Source of the DNA: Klebsiella phage EI
Length of the DNA stretch: 64,000 nucleotides
Sequence record: MN106245.1
Strand: one strand, 5' to 3'
Made by a program: the position numbers and the translations under genes. Under the pieces are notes generated by a model that saw only the letters and a list, made by a program, of their open reading frames with translations, did no database searches and was not told where the DNA came from. Positions 9,791 through 19,276 of the stretch are shown here, in pieces (position 1 is the stretch's first letter; each line of letters opens with the position of its first letter).

Positions 9791-10054
9791 TCATTTATAA
9801 GTTGCTCGTAATTCGTCAAAACCGCCAATATGGGTGCCATCAGGTGCAAAAATCTGAGGCATCGTTAATCCTACTTTGCTCTCGCGATTAAGGCGTTTAA
9901 GTAGGTCATCAATAACAGCATCGTCAAAAACACCTTTTGAAGGCATGACATTGATGAATTCGAATGGCTCCTTTTTGATTGTAAGGAAGCGTTTCGCATT
10001 GTCGCAATACGGGCAGCGATGGATAGTTGAATCATAACCGAATACTGTGTACAC
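9791..10054 (-). CDS. nrdC: thioredoxin NrdC
   Basis: 87 aa, CPYC motif, MYTVFGYDSTIHRCPYCDNAKRFL matches remembered T4 NrdC. Confidence 0.9.
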   Translation of the reverse strand: MYTVFGYDSTIHRCPYCDNAKRFLTIKKEPFEFINVMPSKGVFDDAVIDDLLKRLNRESKVGLTMPQIFAPDGTHIGGFDELRATYK

Positions 10055-10331
10055 TTTTCTGTTCCTTAACTTGAATCATGAATTCTTTATAAGCGTCTTT
10101 ATACGCAGGACTAGAGATAGCGTCCCAATACGATTGGATCGGGGCCGTTTTAATTTTCAAACTACGACGAATTTCGTCATGGATATCTGAATGAATTTTA
10201 TTATAACTCTTAGTCAATGCAGATTTTAATACGCTGAAATCAGGAATCTGATCGTGCTCTTCAGAATAAGCAATTAATAAGCGAACAATAGCTCGTTCAG
10301 CTTCTTCCAGATATTTTTTACGTTTAGCCAT
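10032..10331 (-). CDS. hypothetical protein
   Basis: 99 aa ORF. Confidence 0.4.
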   Translation of the reverse strand: MAKRKKYLEEAERAIVRLLIAYSEEHDQIPDFSVLKSALTKSYNKIHSDIHDEIRRSLKIKTAPIQSYWDAISSPAYKDAYKEFMIQVKEQKSVHSIRL

Positions 10332-10837
10332 TATAACCCCGGGAAAGCTTTCTTGATTTTCTCTGCTACAGCCTGGTCGATGATTGAAGCAAAGTTCTGA
10401 TTAACACGGTCAACAATGATTTTCTCGATACGACGAGTAGCAGATTCTATTTTGTATTCGATATCTTTCATTGCTTTATCGGTAGCATTCTTAATTACAT
10501 CGCTAATAATAGAGTCAATAGCATTACGTGCTTCGCGGTTAGCAGCTTCGCGAAGACGATCTTTAAGAACACTAGAGGTTTCATAAGGAGCCCCATAACC
10601 ACGACGGCTGAACCATGATTCGACTTCTTTCTGAACAGCTGTCGATACATCAGGAACAACTAAGCCGTAAGCATTGATTTCATCTTGAATCAGTTTACGA
10701 ACTTTGTTGCCTGTATCTTTAACGATAAGGTCTTTAGCAATGTTAGAGATAACAGATTGCTGTAACTGAGAATAAGCTTCAGTGCCTTCTGGGAACATCT
10801 GTCGTACTGCGTGGGTGTCTAATTTAATACTAATCAT
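10331..10837 (-). CDS. hypothetical protein
   Basis: 168 aa ORF. Confidence 0.45.
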   Translation of the reverse strand: MISIKLDTHAVRQMFPEGTEAYSQLQQSVISNIAKDLIVKDTGNKVRKLIQDEINAYGLVVPDVSTAVQKEVESWFSRRGYGAPYETSSVLKDRLREAANREARNAIDSIISDVIKNATDKAMKDIEYKIESATRRIEKIIVDRVNQNFASIIDQAVAEKIKKAFPGL

Positions 10838-11058
10838 TTTAATGTTCTCTCAAACTTGTGTTTGCAGGTCCGACATTTCATTTTCAGAATATCAGAGCTC
10901 CAGTCAACTAATTGTACTTGCATACTACTACATTTTTCACAAGGGACAACTTGTTTTGCTGCAGCTTCGCGTCTATCAACCATTTCTAAGGCTGCTTTCC
11001 AGTCAATTTCAAAATCCTCGTCATCCGTGACAAGGTCGGCTTTCAGTTGGTTTCTCAT
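10834..11058 (-). CDS. zinc-ribbon protein
   Basis: 74 aa, CxxC...CxxC (CEKC...CRTC). Confidence 0.4.
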   Translation of the reverse strand: MRNQLKADLVTDDEDFEIDWKAALEMVDRREAAAKQVVPCEKCSSMQVQLVDWSSDILKMKCRTCKHKFERTLK

Positions 11059-12002
11059 TTCAGTGCCTGAATTGCGCGCAACAGCTTGCCGCGCTGGGTT
11101 GTAATGTTGGTAAGATGCTTACGGGCATCTTCCACCTTCTGTTCTGCTTCTTTAACCATATCATCGAGCTTAGACACTACTTCAAGCATCTGGGAAGCAA
11201 AGTGGCGTTCAGCTGGAACTAACTCAGGCTGAGCAACAGTAGCAATAAAGGATTTATCTACTGTATATTTTGATGAAGAGACTTTACCATTTAGAATTTC
11301 TTCGTCAAACTCTTTAACCGGTTTTGTATCTTTCAAGAACACCATATAAGTACCGCTATGGCCATTAGCCGGTTTCCATTCATAAGAAGCTACGTTAGGA
11401 ATAATGCACAGTGCCTGTGCAACCTGCTCTTTAATGACCTGTAGAGCACGAAAATCTTTGTATGCTTTGTCTTTGTTGATGCGAATATCAATACAAACCG
11501 AATCATTCAGACCTAACATAGAAGGTCGACGAGCAATTACTTCAACAGTTTTCTGGTGATCGAACAGTTGATGGCGGTTAGTATCACGCATCGTTTTAGA
11601 AGCAAGCTTCAGAATCAGATCACGATCATAGTTGAATTGGCCGATGAAGTACTCAACATGGTTAGTAATAACTGCTTCAGCGCCACGATATTCTGCTGCT
11701 CGCAGGTCATAACGTTGGCGAGTGCTTGAAATAGTTCCAAAATTGCTGAGACGTTTACGAGCCATGATGTTAGACAGAATACGAGAGTGCTTGAAGAACT
11801 CTTTGAAGTCGTAATGATGAGTAAATCCTACGCGCCACTTCCGACTCTGGGTCGAGTTAAACAGATGGGCAAAGTCGCCGAACTCGTTCTTCAGACGATT
11901 AGACAGAACATCAATACGTTTTGCCTTAGGGAACCCTACCGTTTCAGCCTGAACGTTGATAAAAATTTCGTGTGCTTTTTCAATAACTTCGTTACGGGTC
12001 AT
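11055..12002 (-). CDS. hypothetical protein
   Basis: 315 aa ORF, no recognisable motif. Confidence 0.5.
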   Translation of the reverse strand: MTRNEVIEKAHEIFINVQAETVGFPKAKRIDVLSNRLKNEFGDFAHLFNSTQSRKWRVGFTHHYDFKEFFKHSRILSNIMARKRLSNFGTISSTRQRYDLRAAEYRGAEAVITNHVEYFIGQFNYDRDLILKLASKTMRDTNRHQLFDHQKTVEVIARRPSMLGLNDSVCIDIRINKDKAYKDFRALQVIKEQVAQALCIIPNVASYEWKPANGHSGTYMVFLKDTKPVKEFDEEILNGKVSSSKYTVDKSFIATVAQPELVPAERHFASQMLEVVSKLDDMVKEAEQKVEDARKHLTNITTQRGKLLRAIQALK

Positions 12003-12012
12003 GCTATTTTCC

Positions 12013-12285
12013 TCAGAATATTTTACGAATTAAAGCTAACAGTGGCAGTCCTGCAATAGCTACTACCCAGAACACAGCAAAGATAGGCCAGAAAGTTACA
12101 ATCCATGCTATCTCAGTGTCTTCAGTGACGTCATCATAGATACCAGTCCAACCTGATGTAGCGATGAACAACTTCGTCATCAGGATTCCTATCATAACAT
12201 AGCAGAATACACAAAGTAAACCAAATAAAATTTCCATTCTTTTTTCACCGAGTATAGAGTGTAATGGAATCATCCATGAAACCAT
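12013..12285 (-). CDS. membrane protein
   Basis: 90 aa, two to three TM helices. Confidence 0.4.
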   Translation of the reverse strand: MVSWMIPLHSILGEKRMEILFGLLCVFCYVMIGILMTKLFIATSGWTGIYDDVTEDTEIAWIVTFWPIFAVFWVVAIAGLPLLALIRKIF

Positions 12286-12296
12286 TATACCGACAT

Positions 12297-12731
12297 TTAT
12301 TTTAAAGCAAAACGACTGTTGTCAATGATACGAAGTTGGGCCTGTTTGTAGGTGTAAATGCCTTCTTTAATCTGAGCATTAGACACTTTAAGATGGTCAT
12401 TGTACCACTTGTTCAGGTCTTGGTGCTTTTTGAACACGGTCTGAAGCTTGTTATTGGCTTCAATGAGGGCTGCTTGTAAATCATCGAAATATTTTTCGAT
12501 TACTTCACGTTTAACCGAACCGTCGTAATTAGTAGAACATAAAACACTGGTATGGCGCCAGAGCTCCCTGAGGTCGCCTAGGACGTTTTTGTCTTTACCC
12601 CAATTAAACTTATACAGTTCTTCACAAATGGCCTCAGCCTGCTTCTCTTGCTTTCCTTTAGGCATTCCGGCGTAGATATATGCCGGAGGGTATAAAGCAG
12701 TGTTTTCGATCCAATTAGATAAAATAATCAT
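12297..12731 (-). CDS. hypothetical protein
   Basis: 144 aa ORF. Confidence 0.45.
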   Translation of the reverse strand: MIILSNWIENTALYPPAYIYAGMPKGKQEKQAEAICEELYKFNWGKDKNVLGDLRELWRHTSVLCSTNYDGSVKREVIEKYFDDLQAALIEANNKLQTVFKKHQDLNKWYNDHLKVSNAQIKEGIYTYKQAQLRIIDNSRFALK

Positions 12732-12961
12732 TTGCGCTTGTCCATGAAACGATAGATGCCGCCGAACGGAAATGTTACGATTTTAATGAGTGATTCCAAA
12801 ATACCCAAAATAACAGGAGCAGGCCAAAGGGCTATTACTATCTTGAAATCATGCTCTGTATCAGTCATTATGTGACCACGTAACTTCATGCAGCAGGCAA
12901 CAATATTACCGATAACAAGGTAGCCAATGAAGGCTACCAGAACCCATACTACTATTTCCAT
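12728..12961 (-). CDS. membrane protein
   Basis: 77 aa, hydrophobic. Confidence 0.4.
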   Translation of the reverse strand: MEIVVWVLVAFIGYLVIGNIVACCMKLRGHIMTDTEHDFKIVIALWPAPVILGILESLIKIVTFPFGGIYRFMDKRK

Positions 12962-13734
12962 CAGATTTTAACCTTAGTTGGTCGTTTGAAGAATGCGTGA
13001 GTTTTATCATCACGAGCCTGTTCGAATGTAGCACTGAATTCGATTTCACCACGATGGTCCAGTGGTACACATTTCGGCAATGTTCCGTAGACAGTAGATT
13101 TGTTTTCTAACACTACAGTCATCTTAGAAACAATACCATAGTAATCTTCGAAGGTCTTAACAGATACAACACGTCCTTTTACTACCTGTTTGCCCACAGG
13201 AGCTTCGCCTTTGTCCTGTTTCATACTCTCGAATAGGTTATTAAACCATTCATTAGAGTATTCCTGGATCGCTTTCAGGATGTCCTGGTGAGCTCGTACT
13301 TTAACCATTAGAACTTCGGTATTCGTCTGTTCCATAGTCCAACGCTTATAAGGAATTTGGAACTGGATACCGTAGATATCGAAGATCTCGTCGTACATTT
13401 CTTGTGTTAAACGAAGCTTCCACCATCCGTGGTCACCTGTATACTCAGGTTTATCCATGTTATCAAGTTCAGTAACATATGGGAGATAACTCCCGGCATG
13501 ATAAGCTTCTACTTCACCCAGTTCGTTTTCCCACAGATATCCGTCAAATGGAGCATGCGGACGGTCATCGACTCCCCAGGTAGGTGCAACTACTTTATCG
13601 AATCCGTCACGTCCGAAACGGGACTTGCACCATCCAGCATTCAACTCCTCGGCGCGTTTTTCAACTTTCGCTCGGTGTGCTTGGCGGGCTTTACGATTTT
13701 CTTCAATAATTTTCATTACGATTTCGTTTAACAT
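12961..13734 (-). CDS. hypothetical protein
   Basis: 257 aa ORF. Confidence 0.5.
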   Translation of the reverse strand: MLNEIVMKIIEENRKARQAHRAKVEKRAEELNAGWCKSRFGRDGFDKVVAPTWGVDDRPHAPFDGYLWENELGEVEAYHAGSYLPYVTELDNMDKPEYTGDHGWWKLRLTQEMYDEIFDIYGIQFQIPYKRWTMEQTNTEVLMVKVRAHQDILKAIQEYSNEWFNNLFESMKQDKGEAPVGKQVVKGRVVSVKTFEDYYGIVSKMTVVLENKSTVYGTLPKCVPLDHRGEIEFSATFEQARDDKTHAFFKRPTKVKI

Positions 13735-13747
13735 TTTTGCATCTCCG

Positions 13748-13795
13748 TGTTGGTGTAAGATGATAGTATCACCATCCTACACCGTTGTAAACTAC
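13748..13795 (-). promoter_or_regulatory. early-promoter-like module
   Basis: ggtgtaagatgatagtatcaccatcctacacc...gtaaac. Confidence 0.45.
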
Positions 13796-13977
13796 TTTGT
13801 TAGGCACTTTAAGAAAATTAGTGGCCAACCTAAGACAATACTGATAAAGGTTAAAATTGACTTAAGCTGGCTTTGTTTGCCATAGGCCCACCAGATTTTA
13901 GTGTATAAATTAAACCCATACCATAAGTACACCGAACACAGTACAACAGCTGCAAACAAACTTAAAATGAGTTCCAT
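13792..13977 (-). CDS. small membrane protein
   Basis: 61 aa hydrophobic. Confidence 0.35.
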   Translation of the reverse strand: MELILSLFAAVVLCSVYLWYGFNLYTKIWWAYGKQSQLKSILTFISIVLGWPLIFLKCLTK

Positions 13978-13980
13978 AAT

Positions 13981-14190
13981 TTACATCACCGTTAAGATAT
14001 ACCAGCACCAAAGGGGCCAAAACAGGATAATCAAAATGTTCTTCGGTAGACGCTCTACCGCAGTCCGACCTTTGACCCAGCCGGACGTCATTATTGCTAT
14101 TACACAACCGGCGGCCATCCACACAATCAAGAGCAAACTTGCCAAAGCTAAACCTAGAGCAGTAAACATTACCGGTCTCCTGTGAACCAA
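13981..14190 (-). CDS. small membrane protein
   Basis: 69 aa hydrophobic. Confidence 0.35.
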   Translation of the reverse strand: MVHRRPVMFTALGLALASLLLIVWMAAGCVIAIMTSGWVKGRTAVERLPKNILIILFWPLWCWYILTVM

Positions 14191-14522
14191 ACGGATTTAT
14201 GAGCCTTAAGTTGTGCTTCATTCATTTTAGCTTCAATCTCTAAATCCAGCTCATCTAAAGCTTCTTTGAAGTCTTTTGCTGCTTGGATCTGGTCGTGATC
14301 CATAATAATAAGATGAATTGCTTTAGACTTCAAGATATGTCTTTTTCTAAACTCGATCATACCATGTGGATACATTCTCACATAGTGATAGGCTAGATTA
14401 ACAGCCTGCGCATACTTGATTGCAGCTGCAATCATATCAGATGCAAAGACATCTCGGATTTTAAGGTATTTTCTTACACAGCTCATTAGTAGAACTCCAC
14501 TGCTAAGTACCAGATAAGCCAT
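14169..14522 (-). CDS. hypothetical protein
   Basis: 117 aa ORF. Confidence 0.4.
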   Translation of the reverse strand: MAYLVLSSGVLLMSCVRKYLKIRDVFASDMIAAAIKYAQAVNLAYHYVRMYPHGMIEFRKRHILKSKAIHLIIMDHDQIQAAKDFKEALDELDLEIEAKMNEAQLKAHKSVWFTGDR

Positions 14523-14689
14523 AAAGGCCAGGTGAACATGTTTAACGCCAAAAAGAAATTTCTTACTTTCTGGTCGTTACGCCCTGGCATAGCCCAATCG
14601 GTCTTATGGTTGATACAAAAACCTACAGACATCCAAAGCATCAAAAACAGTAAAGCACCCATTATGATTTCCTTTCCATGATGTAGCAA
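14486..14689 (-). CDS. small membrane protein
   Basis: 67 aa hydrophobic. Confidence 0.35.
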   Translation of the reverse strand: MLHHGKEIIMGALLFLMLWMSVGFCINHKTDWAMPGRNDQKVRNFFLALNMFTWPLWLIWYLAVEFY

Positions 14690-15120
14690 TAAGGGTCGTC
14701 AATGTCCATACGGAGCCAGAATACACCGAGCTGAATATTTCCAGGATCCGAAGTCTTAGAGCCGGTGCAACGACCACGATCTCGACGAGAGTAGCGGTGG
14801 TGGCCATTTTCGTCCATCACGGTTTCATAGCCAGTACGCTTTTCTTTAACGTTAAGGTCTTTGAACTCGACGATTTTAACTTTCTTGCCTTCTAGAGTTT
14901 CGTAGGTATGGCCTACTTCAAAGTAAGAATGCTGACCGCCTGAGACCATCACGATAACATCTTCAACATTCTGCTCTGGGAAAGATACCCCATTTGTCTG
15001 GCCGTGTTGGAACACCGCTTGGTATTCGTTTTCGGCGCTGATAGAAACTTTACGGAACTTGCCGTCCCATATACCGTCAACAAAACGTTTGAATTTGATT
15101 TCATATACATATAATTTCAT
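14662..15120 (-). CDS. hypothetical protein (start refined to ATG for MKLYVYEIK)
   Basis: track ORF begins with TTG at 15186; ATG at 15120 has GAGGAA SD. Confidence 0.45.
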   Translation of the reverse strand: MKLYVYEIKFKRFVDGIWDGKFRKVSISAENEYQAVFQHGQTNGVSFPEQNVEDVIVMVSGGQHSYFEVGHTYETLEGKKVKIVEFKDLNVKEKRTGYETVMDENGHHRYSRRDRGRCTGSKTSDPGNIQLGVFWLRMDIDDPYCYIMERKS

Positions 15121-15344
15121 AAGTTCCTCACATAAATGTAAAGTCTGATTCCTGGAGTGTGTAGCAACGCCCTGTGGCTTTTTCAAGAAAAGTGTAATAC
15201 ATTACACCTTCTACCTCACGTTGTTCCTGGAGCACACCTATAATCTTATTAGGGCCAAAGCACCACATAATAGCTTTCATATTTACCTCTTTAGTTGTGT
15301 AGGTCTATAATATCATGACATACGAGGATGTAAACACCTAAACG

Positions 15345-15372
15345 AAAAAAGGCTCCCGAAGGAGCCTTACTT
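15345..15372 (-). terminator. rho-independent terminator (AAGGCTCC-CGAA-GGAGCCTT)
   Basis: hairpin followed by T-run on minus strand. Confidence 0.5.
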
Positions 15373-15633
15373 TTATTTGAAAGGACGAGGACCTTTCGGC
15401 AGATGCTTTTTGATTTGGCTCTCAGCTAAATTAGCCGGAATAGAAATTAGCCAACCGATAGCGTGGTAGAAGCCAGACCAGATAACAATAGGAAGCCAGA
15501 ACAGAACGTACGTCCACCACCCTAAAGAAGATTCGATGTAGTCAGTAGCAACCATCTTGTTAGCAATGATGAACCCAACTACAAAGTACGCAATAGCAAT
15601 CACGATAGGCATAGCAATCCAAAATAAGCTCAT
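15373..15633 (-). CDS. membrane protein
   Basis: 86 aa, two TM helices. Confidence 0.4.
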   Translation of the reverse strand: MSLFWIAMPIVIAIAYFVVGFIIANKMVATDYIESSLGWWTYVLFWLPIVIWSGFYHAIGWLISIPANLAESQIKKHLPKGPRPFK

Positions 15634-15644
15634 AATATTTCCTC

Positions 15645-15685
15645 TTGTGTGGTAGAAGATTATACTACCACACGTTAAAAGCTTT
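15645..15685 (-). promoter_or_regulatory. early-promoter-like module
   Basis: tgtgtggtagaagattatactaccacacg...ttgtaaac. Confidence 0.45.
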
Positions 15686-15690
15686 GTAAA

Positions 15691-16716
15691 CTACCGATAA
15701 TAAGACCGGTGGTTCTCAAGATAAACTTTCTCGACGAAGTCGTTCCAGAAAGTCATGTCGACTTTATCGCGCATTCCGTTCTTATGAGCAAGTGCTGCTA
15801 AGCGTTCAACCTGGTCAACAGTGTCTTCTAGAAGTTCTTGAACATATTTGAACGGTAACTTACCAGCTTTGATTTCTTTAATCAAATCTGCTGATGATAG
15901 AGGGAATACTAAATCACCGGTGTGGTAAATTTCACGTAACTGGATGCCAGCACGATATGCGTGGCTCAAAGCTTTCCAGTCAACACCTTCGTTAGCTTCT
16001 GCTTTGCGAGCACGTTCACCGTATTCGGATTCAAGCTTAGTCAGACTGTACTTAATTTCAGCAACAGTGATTGTATCTTGGAACTTACGGCCTAGAACGT
16101 TATAGAAACGCTGAACACCCATTTTAGAGTCAACGTCGTCTTTCCAGAACAAGAATTCTGACGTAGGCAGAAGGTGTTCAATTTCGCCTAATTTCCAGCG
16201 TTGGTTGTGAGCCTTATCTTTAGGCCGATCAGCATATTTCCATTCTGGATATTGGTTCAGAACTTCTAATACGCGTTTCAGTTCAGCTAATCGAGAACCC
16301 TTTACACCATACTTAGCGGCTTGCTTACGGACATACCCTAAATATGACTTCATGTCTGTAGTATAGAACCGAGAACGGTTGTCTTGGATGAATTTCCAGA
16401 CATCAGGCAAATCAGATTTAACAACCAGGTCTGATGGAGTATGCAGCATATCAAGTGCTACGGTTTCACCAGACTGAGCCAGTTCAAAGAAGTATTTCAG
16501 ACTATAAAGCTCATGGTCAACATCATCATGAGTGTTCTTAGTAGCCGTGTTGTTGGTGTTCATGTTAAAGTGATTCGGTGCTCGTCCCATTAGAATATCA
16601 CGAGGGTGCGGAACGAAGATTTCTTTGAAATCTACATCACTTTCCGGAGTAGAGGTCCCATAAAGATGAGACCCGAAGTAAGCTTTTACAATTGTTTTCA
16701 ATCTGGTGTACCCCAA
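15691..16716 (-). CDS. Pol-beta superfamily nucleotidyltransferase
   Basis: 341 aa; GSHLYGTSTPESDVD (GS-x10-DxD) plus downstream acidic ALDML. Confidence 0.55.
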   Translation of the reverse strand: MGYTRLKTIVKAYFGSHLYGTSTPESDVDFKEIFVPHPRDILMGRAPNHFNMNTNNTATKNTHDDVDHELYSLKYFFELAQSGETVALDMLHTPSDLVVKSDLPDVWKFIQDNRSRFYTTDMKSYLGYVRKQAAKYGVKGSRLAELKRVLEVLNQYPEWKYADRPKDKAHNQRWKLGEIEHLLPTSEFLFWKDDVDSKMGVQRFYNVLGRKFQDTITVAEIKYSLTKLESEYGERARKAEANEGVDWKALSHAYRAGIQLREIYHTGDLVFPLSSADLIKEIKAGKLPFKYVQELLEDTVDQVERLAALAHKNGMRDKVDMTFWNDFVEKVYLENHRSYYR

Positions 16717-17255
16717 CGAAGACCATGGAATTTTTCAATCATACACTTGTCAGTAAAGTTAATCTGCAGACCGCCGCCATCCGGGGTGCTTGCAAACATC
16801 ATCTGACCATTAGAACTAATCGCCAAGATTTCAAACGTGTTGCCGGATTTAACGAATGAATCACCTACTTCAACTGGGGCCCAGACATACTGTTCACCTG
16901 CACGATTGTAGCTAAGGTCTTTAGGACTTACCTCTTCACGGAAGTTACGAGCCGTCCGATGCATGCATTTTACACGGTGGCAAGATACTTTATATTCTGT
17001 AAAGATAGCAATTTCACAGTACCCAGTATTACTTCCTTTAACTAAATACCGGGCACCAGATTCAGCCAAGAAAATATTATAAGTACCGTGGTTGTTAAAA
17101 GAGATAAAGTCGACGTTACATTCGATTTTATATCCGTCTTCAGTAAGAATCTCAAGAGAATCCTGTCGAGCCAAAGTATCTTTCAGCTGGACTTTAGATT
17201 TGACCTGTTTAATAAACATGTTAACCTCGTTTACCTGAGTGCCATTGGCCGTCAA
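16698..17255 (-). CDS. hypothetical protein
   Basis: 185 aa ORF. Confidence 0.45.
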   Translation of the reverse strand: MTANGTQVNEVNMFIKQVKSKVQLKDTLARQDSLEILTEDGYKIECNVDFISFNNHGTYNIFLAESGARYLVKGSNTGYCEIAIFTEYKVSCHRVKCMHRTARNFREEVSPKDLSYNRAGEQYVWAPVEVGDSFVKSGNTFEILAISSNGQMMFASTPDGGGLQINFTDKCMIEKFHGLRWGTPD

Positions 17256-17454
17256 AATAAATGTCTAAATCAAATGGCTTATTGTCTTCAACATACTGTT
17301 TAGAAGAAATAGTATTATGAATTACCTTAAGCACTTCACCGTTGTCTTTAAAGACAAATACAGCAACAGGGAAATAGAACATGCCACTTTTAATCACTGT
17401 TGCATTAAAAACGGCCTCTCGGCCGTTTACTACATAAGTTTGATCGTTTTTCAT
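17221..17454 (-). CDS. hypothetical protein
   Basis: 77 aa ORF. Confidence 0.35.
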   Translation of the reverse strand: MKNDQTYVVNGREAVFNATVIKSGMFYFPVAVFVFKDNGEVLKVIHNTISSKQYVEDNKPFDLDIYFDGQWHSGKRG

Positions 17455-17885
17455 TTGAACTCGATAAAATGACAGGTTTTGTCTTTGAATGATTTATACG
17501 CTGACTTAATGAAGCCTGGCTCAGGTTTAACATACGTACCATTTGCACGAGCTTCGTATTCTTCAGCTTCTTTACGAGATCTACGTTTTTCGTAAAGATA
17601 CCAAATACAGTAGATAGGACTGGCGATAAGTCCAAGAATTAACACAATCGCCATCAGACCGGTTAATGTTGCTGGCAGAAGCATAAAACCTGCCGAGCTA
17701 ATACCAAGTGCAGTAAAAATACTTACACCCGTGGATCCGAACCACAGAAGTAAACATACTGCTAAAGCAATAAACACCATCAGAAGCCAGAGCACTTGAC
17801 GAATGTATCCGCAGAGATCTCTCTTAGGAGAATCTAGCAGATAAGTGACCATTTTGCAGTGCCAAGAATCACGTTTGATAATCAT
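17451..17885 (-). CDS. membrane protein
   Basis: 144 aa, multiple TM helices. Confidence 0.45.
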   Translation of the reverse strand: MIIKRDSWHCKMVTYLLDSPKRDLCGYIRQVLWLLMVFIALAVCLLLWFGSTGVSIFTALGISSAGFMLLPATLTGLMAIVLILGLIASPIYCIWYLYEKRRSRKEAEEYEARANGTYVKPEPGFIKSAYKSFKDKTCHFIEFK

Positions 17886-17887
17886 TT

Positions 17888-18211
17888 TTATTTGTCCATA
17901 GTTGGAATAACAGAATTCAGATAAGCAACAAGTGCCTGAGCTTCAGCTTTAGTAAAGGTGACCCAGTTAAGTTCATCTTCCTTTTCATCAAACTGCTTTA
18001 CATGAATGACGTCGCAGTTAAGTTCTGCAAAATTAGAAGTAGGAAATACCGACAGATCTGTGTCGGATTCACCGGGAAAGTCTGATTCAATTTTAGCCGC
18101 AGAAGATGATGTTGGGTACTGCCACTTTAGTAAACTCATTTTGTTTTCCTCGTTTGTTTGTGTAGGAATACTATACCACAACATTACCAGCTTGTAAACT
18201 CTCTGCTGCAC
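17888..18211 (-). CDS. hypothetical protein (true start probably internal Met near 18142)
   Basis: 107 aa ORF; 5' end overlaps promoter module. Confidence 0.35.
   Translation of the reverse strand: MQQRVYKLVMLWYSIPTQTNEENKMSLLKWQYPTSSSAAKIESDFPGESDTDLSVFPTSNFAELNCDVIHVKQFDEKEDELNWVTFTKAEAQALVAYLNSVIPTMDK
18155..18200 (-). promoter_or_regulatory. early-promoter-like module
   Basis: tgtgtaggaatactataccacaac...ttgtaaac. Confidence 0.45.
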
Positions 18212-18452
18212 GAGTCATTACTTCAGCCCAAGCATCAGCATTGCTTATACGAACGATACGGACGCTAGCCGGTTGGCTATCAATATCTTTAACAAACCTT
18301 TCTTGGTTATATTTCAAGATAGCTTCAGGGTGATATACCATATACATTAAACTTCCTGTAGCGCCGCGGTACTGGCAGATTTCTACAGATTCATCGCCTG
18401 TGTAAGTACGGGTTAAAATCAAATCACCAACTTCAAGTTTACCAATGCTCAT
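18171..18452 (-). CDS. hypothetical protein
   Basis: 93 aa ORF. Confidence 0.4.
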   Translation of the reverse strand: MSIGKLEVGDLILTRTYTGDESVEICQYRGATGSLMYMVYHPEAILKYNQERFVKDIDSQPASVRIVRISNADAWAEVMTRAAESLQAGNVVV

Positions 18453-18706
18453 CTCATGCTCCTATGCCAGCAGTTACGTGGCTCACGTTTAAAAATTTCA
18501 TCGTTCATCTCCTGACAACTGATGCAGTATATCACACCTTTAATTGCCTGGCGTCTTGCTTCAGGAATAGGTTCTTCACACTCAAAGCAACGATAAAGCG
18601 ATTCACGTTCGGTATTGAACTGGGAGCGAGCGTGAACTACTGCAGCCTGTACAACTGCAGCGATTTCATCTTGCTCAGCTCCGTCTTTAGCAAACCCAAC
18701 AGCCAT
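18449..18706 (-). CDS. DksA/TraR-like C4 zinc-finger protein
   Basis: 85 aa; CFECEEPIPEARR...CISCQ. Confidence 0.45.
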   Translation of the reverse strand: MAVGFAKDGAEQDEIAAVVQAAVVHARSQFNTERESLYRCFECEEPIPEARRQAIKGVIYCISCQEMNDEIFKREPRNCWHRSMR

Positions 18707-18919
18707 TACAGCTCCTTAAGATAATCGAAAGGTTTTTGATCTGTGGTCATAGCCGTTCCACAATTTCGTTAACGCGTTTCTGGAGTTTTTCCATACGAGC
18801 TTTATGCTCTAAAGCTGGGAACGTAGGAGTAACTGCGGCGCCAAACAGAACGGAAGCTTCTTTAAGCTCGAAAATAGCTTTAATCAATTCTGCTTTTACA
18901 GAGGAATTTACCATATTCA

Positions 18920-19186
18920 TTAGAGCACCCACTCAGCGATTTCTTTAGCAACACGTTCAGCTTCACCATCGGCTAGCCAACTGAACTCATCTTCAATAAG
19001 AGTAGTTTTCTCTTCTACCGAAGCAGAAGTTTCTACCCAGAATCCGAACGACGCATTAACTGAAAAATCTTCAGTGCAGATGCCGACTTCATCGATAGCT
19101 GGGATGAACTTAAAGTTAAGAGTCAACGGTCTGCCGTCTTTGTGAAGCACTTTCATTTCGCCATACTTACGGAATGTGTTAATCAT
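18920..19186 (-). CDS. hypothetical protein
   Basis: 88 aa ORF, GAGGAG SD, directly downstream of promoter module. Confidence 0.45.
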   Translation of the reverse strand: MINTFRKYGEMKVLHKDGRPLTLNFKFIPAIDEVGICTEDFSVNASFGFWVETSASVEEKTTLIEDEFSWLADGEAERVAKEIAEWVL

Positions 19187-19205
19187 AATATTCTCCTCAT
19201 GTTTG

Positions 19206-19244
19206 TGTAAGGATATACTAACATGTCCTACTACCGTTGTAAAC
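19206..19244 (-). promoter_or_regulatory. early-promoter-like module
   Basis: GTTTAC-18nt-TAGTAT on minus strand. Confidence 0.5.
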
Positions 19245-19276
19245 CCCTAAAGGGACCAAAAAGGTCCCCTTAAGAT

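Noticed and set aside
14604-14807. 67-aa ORF overlapping 14486-14689 and 14662-15186 in another frame
   Set aside because: It overlaps two better-supported ORFs almost completely.
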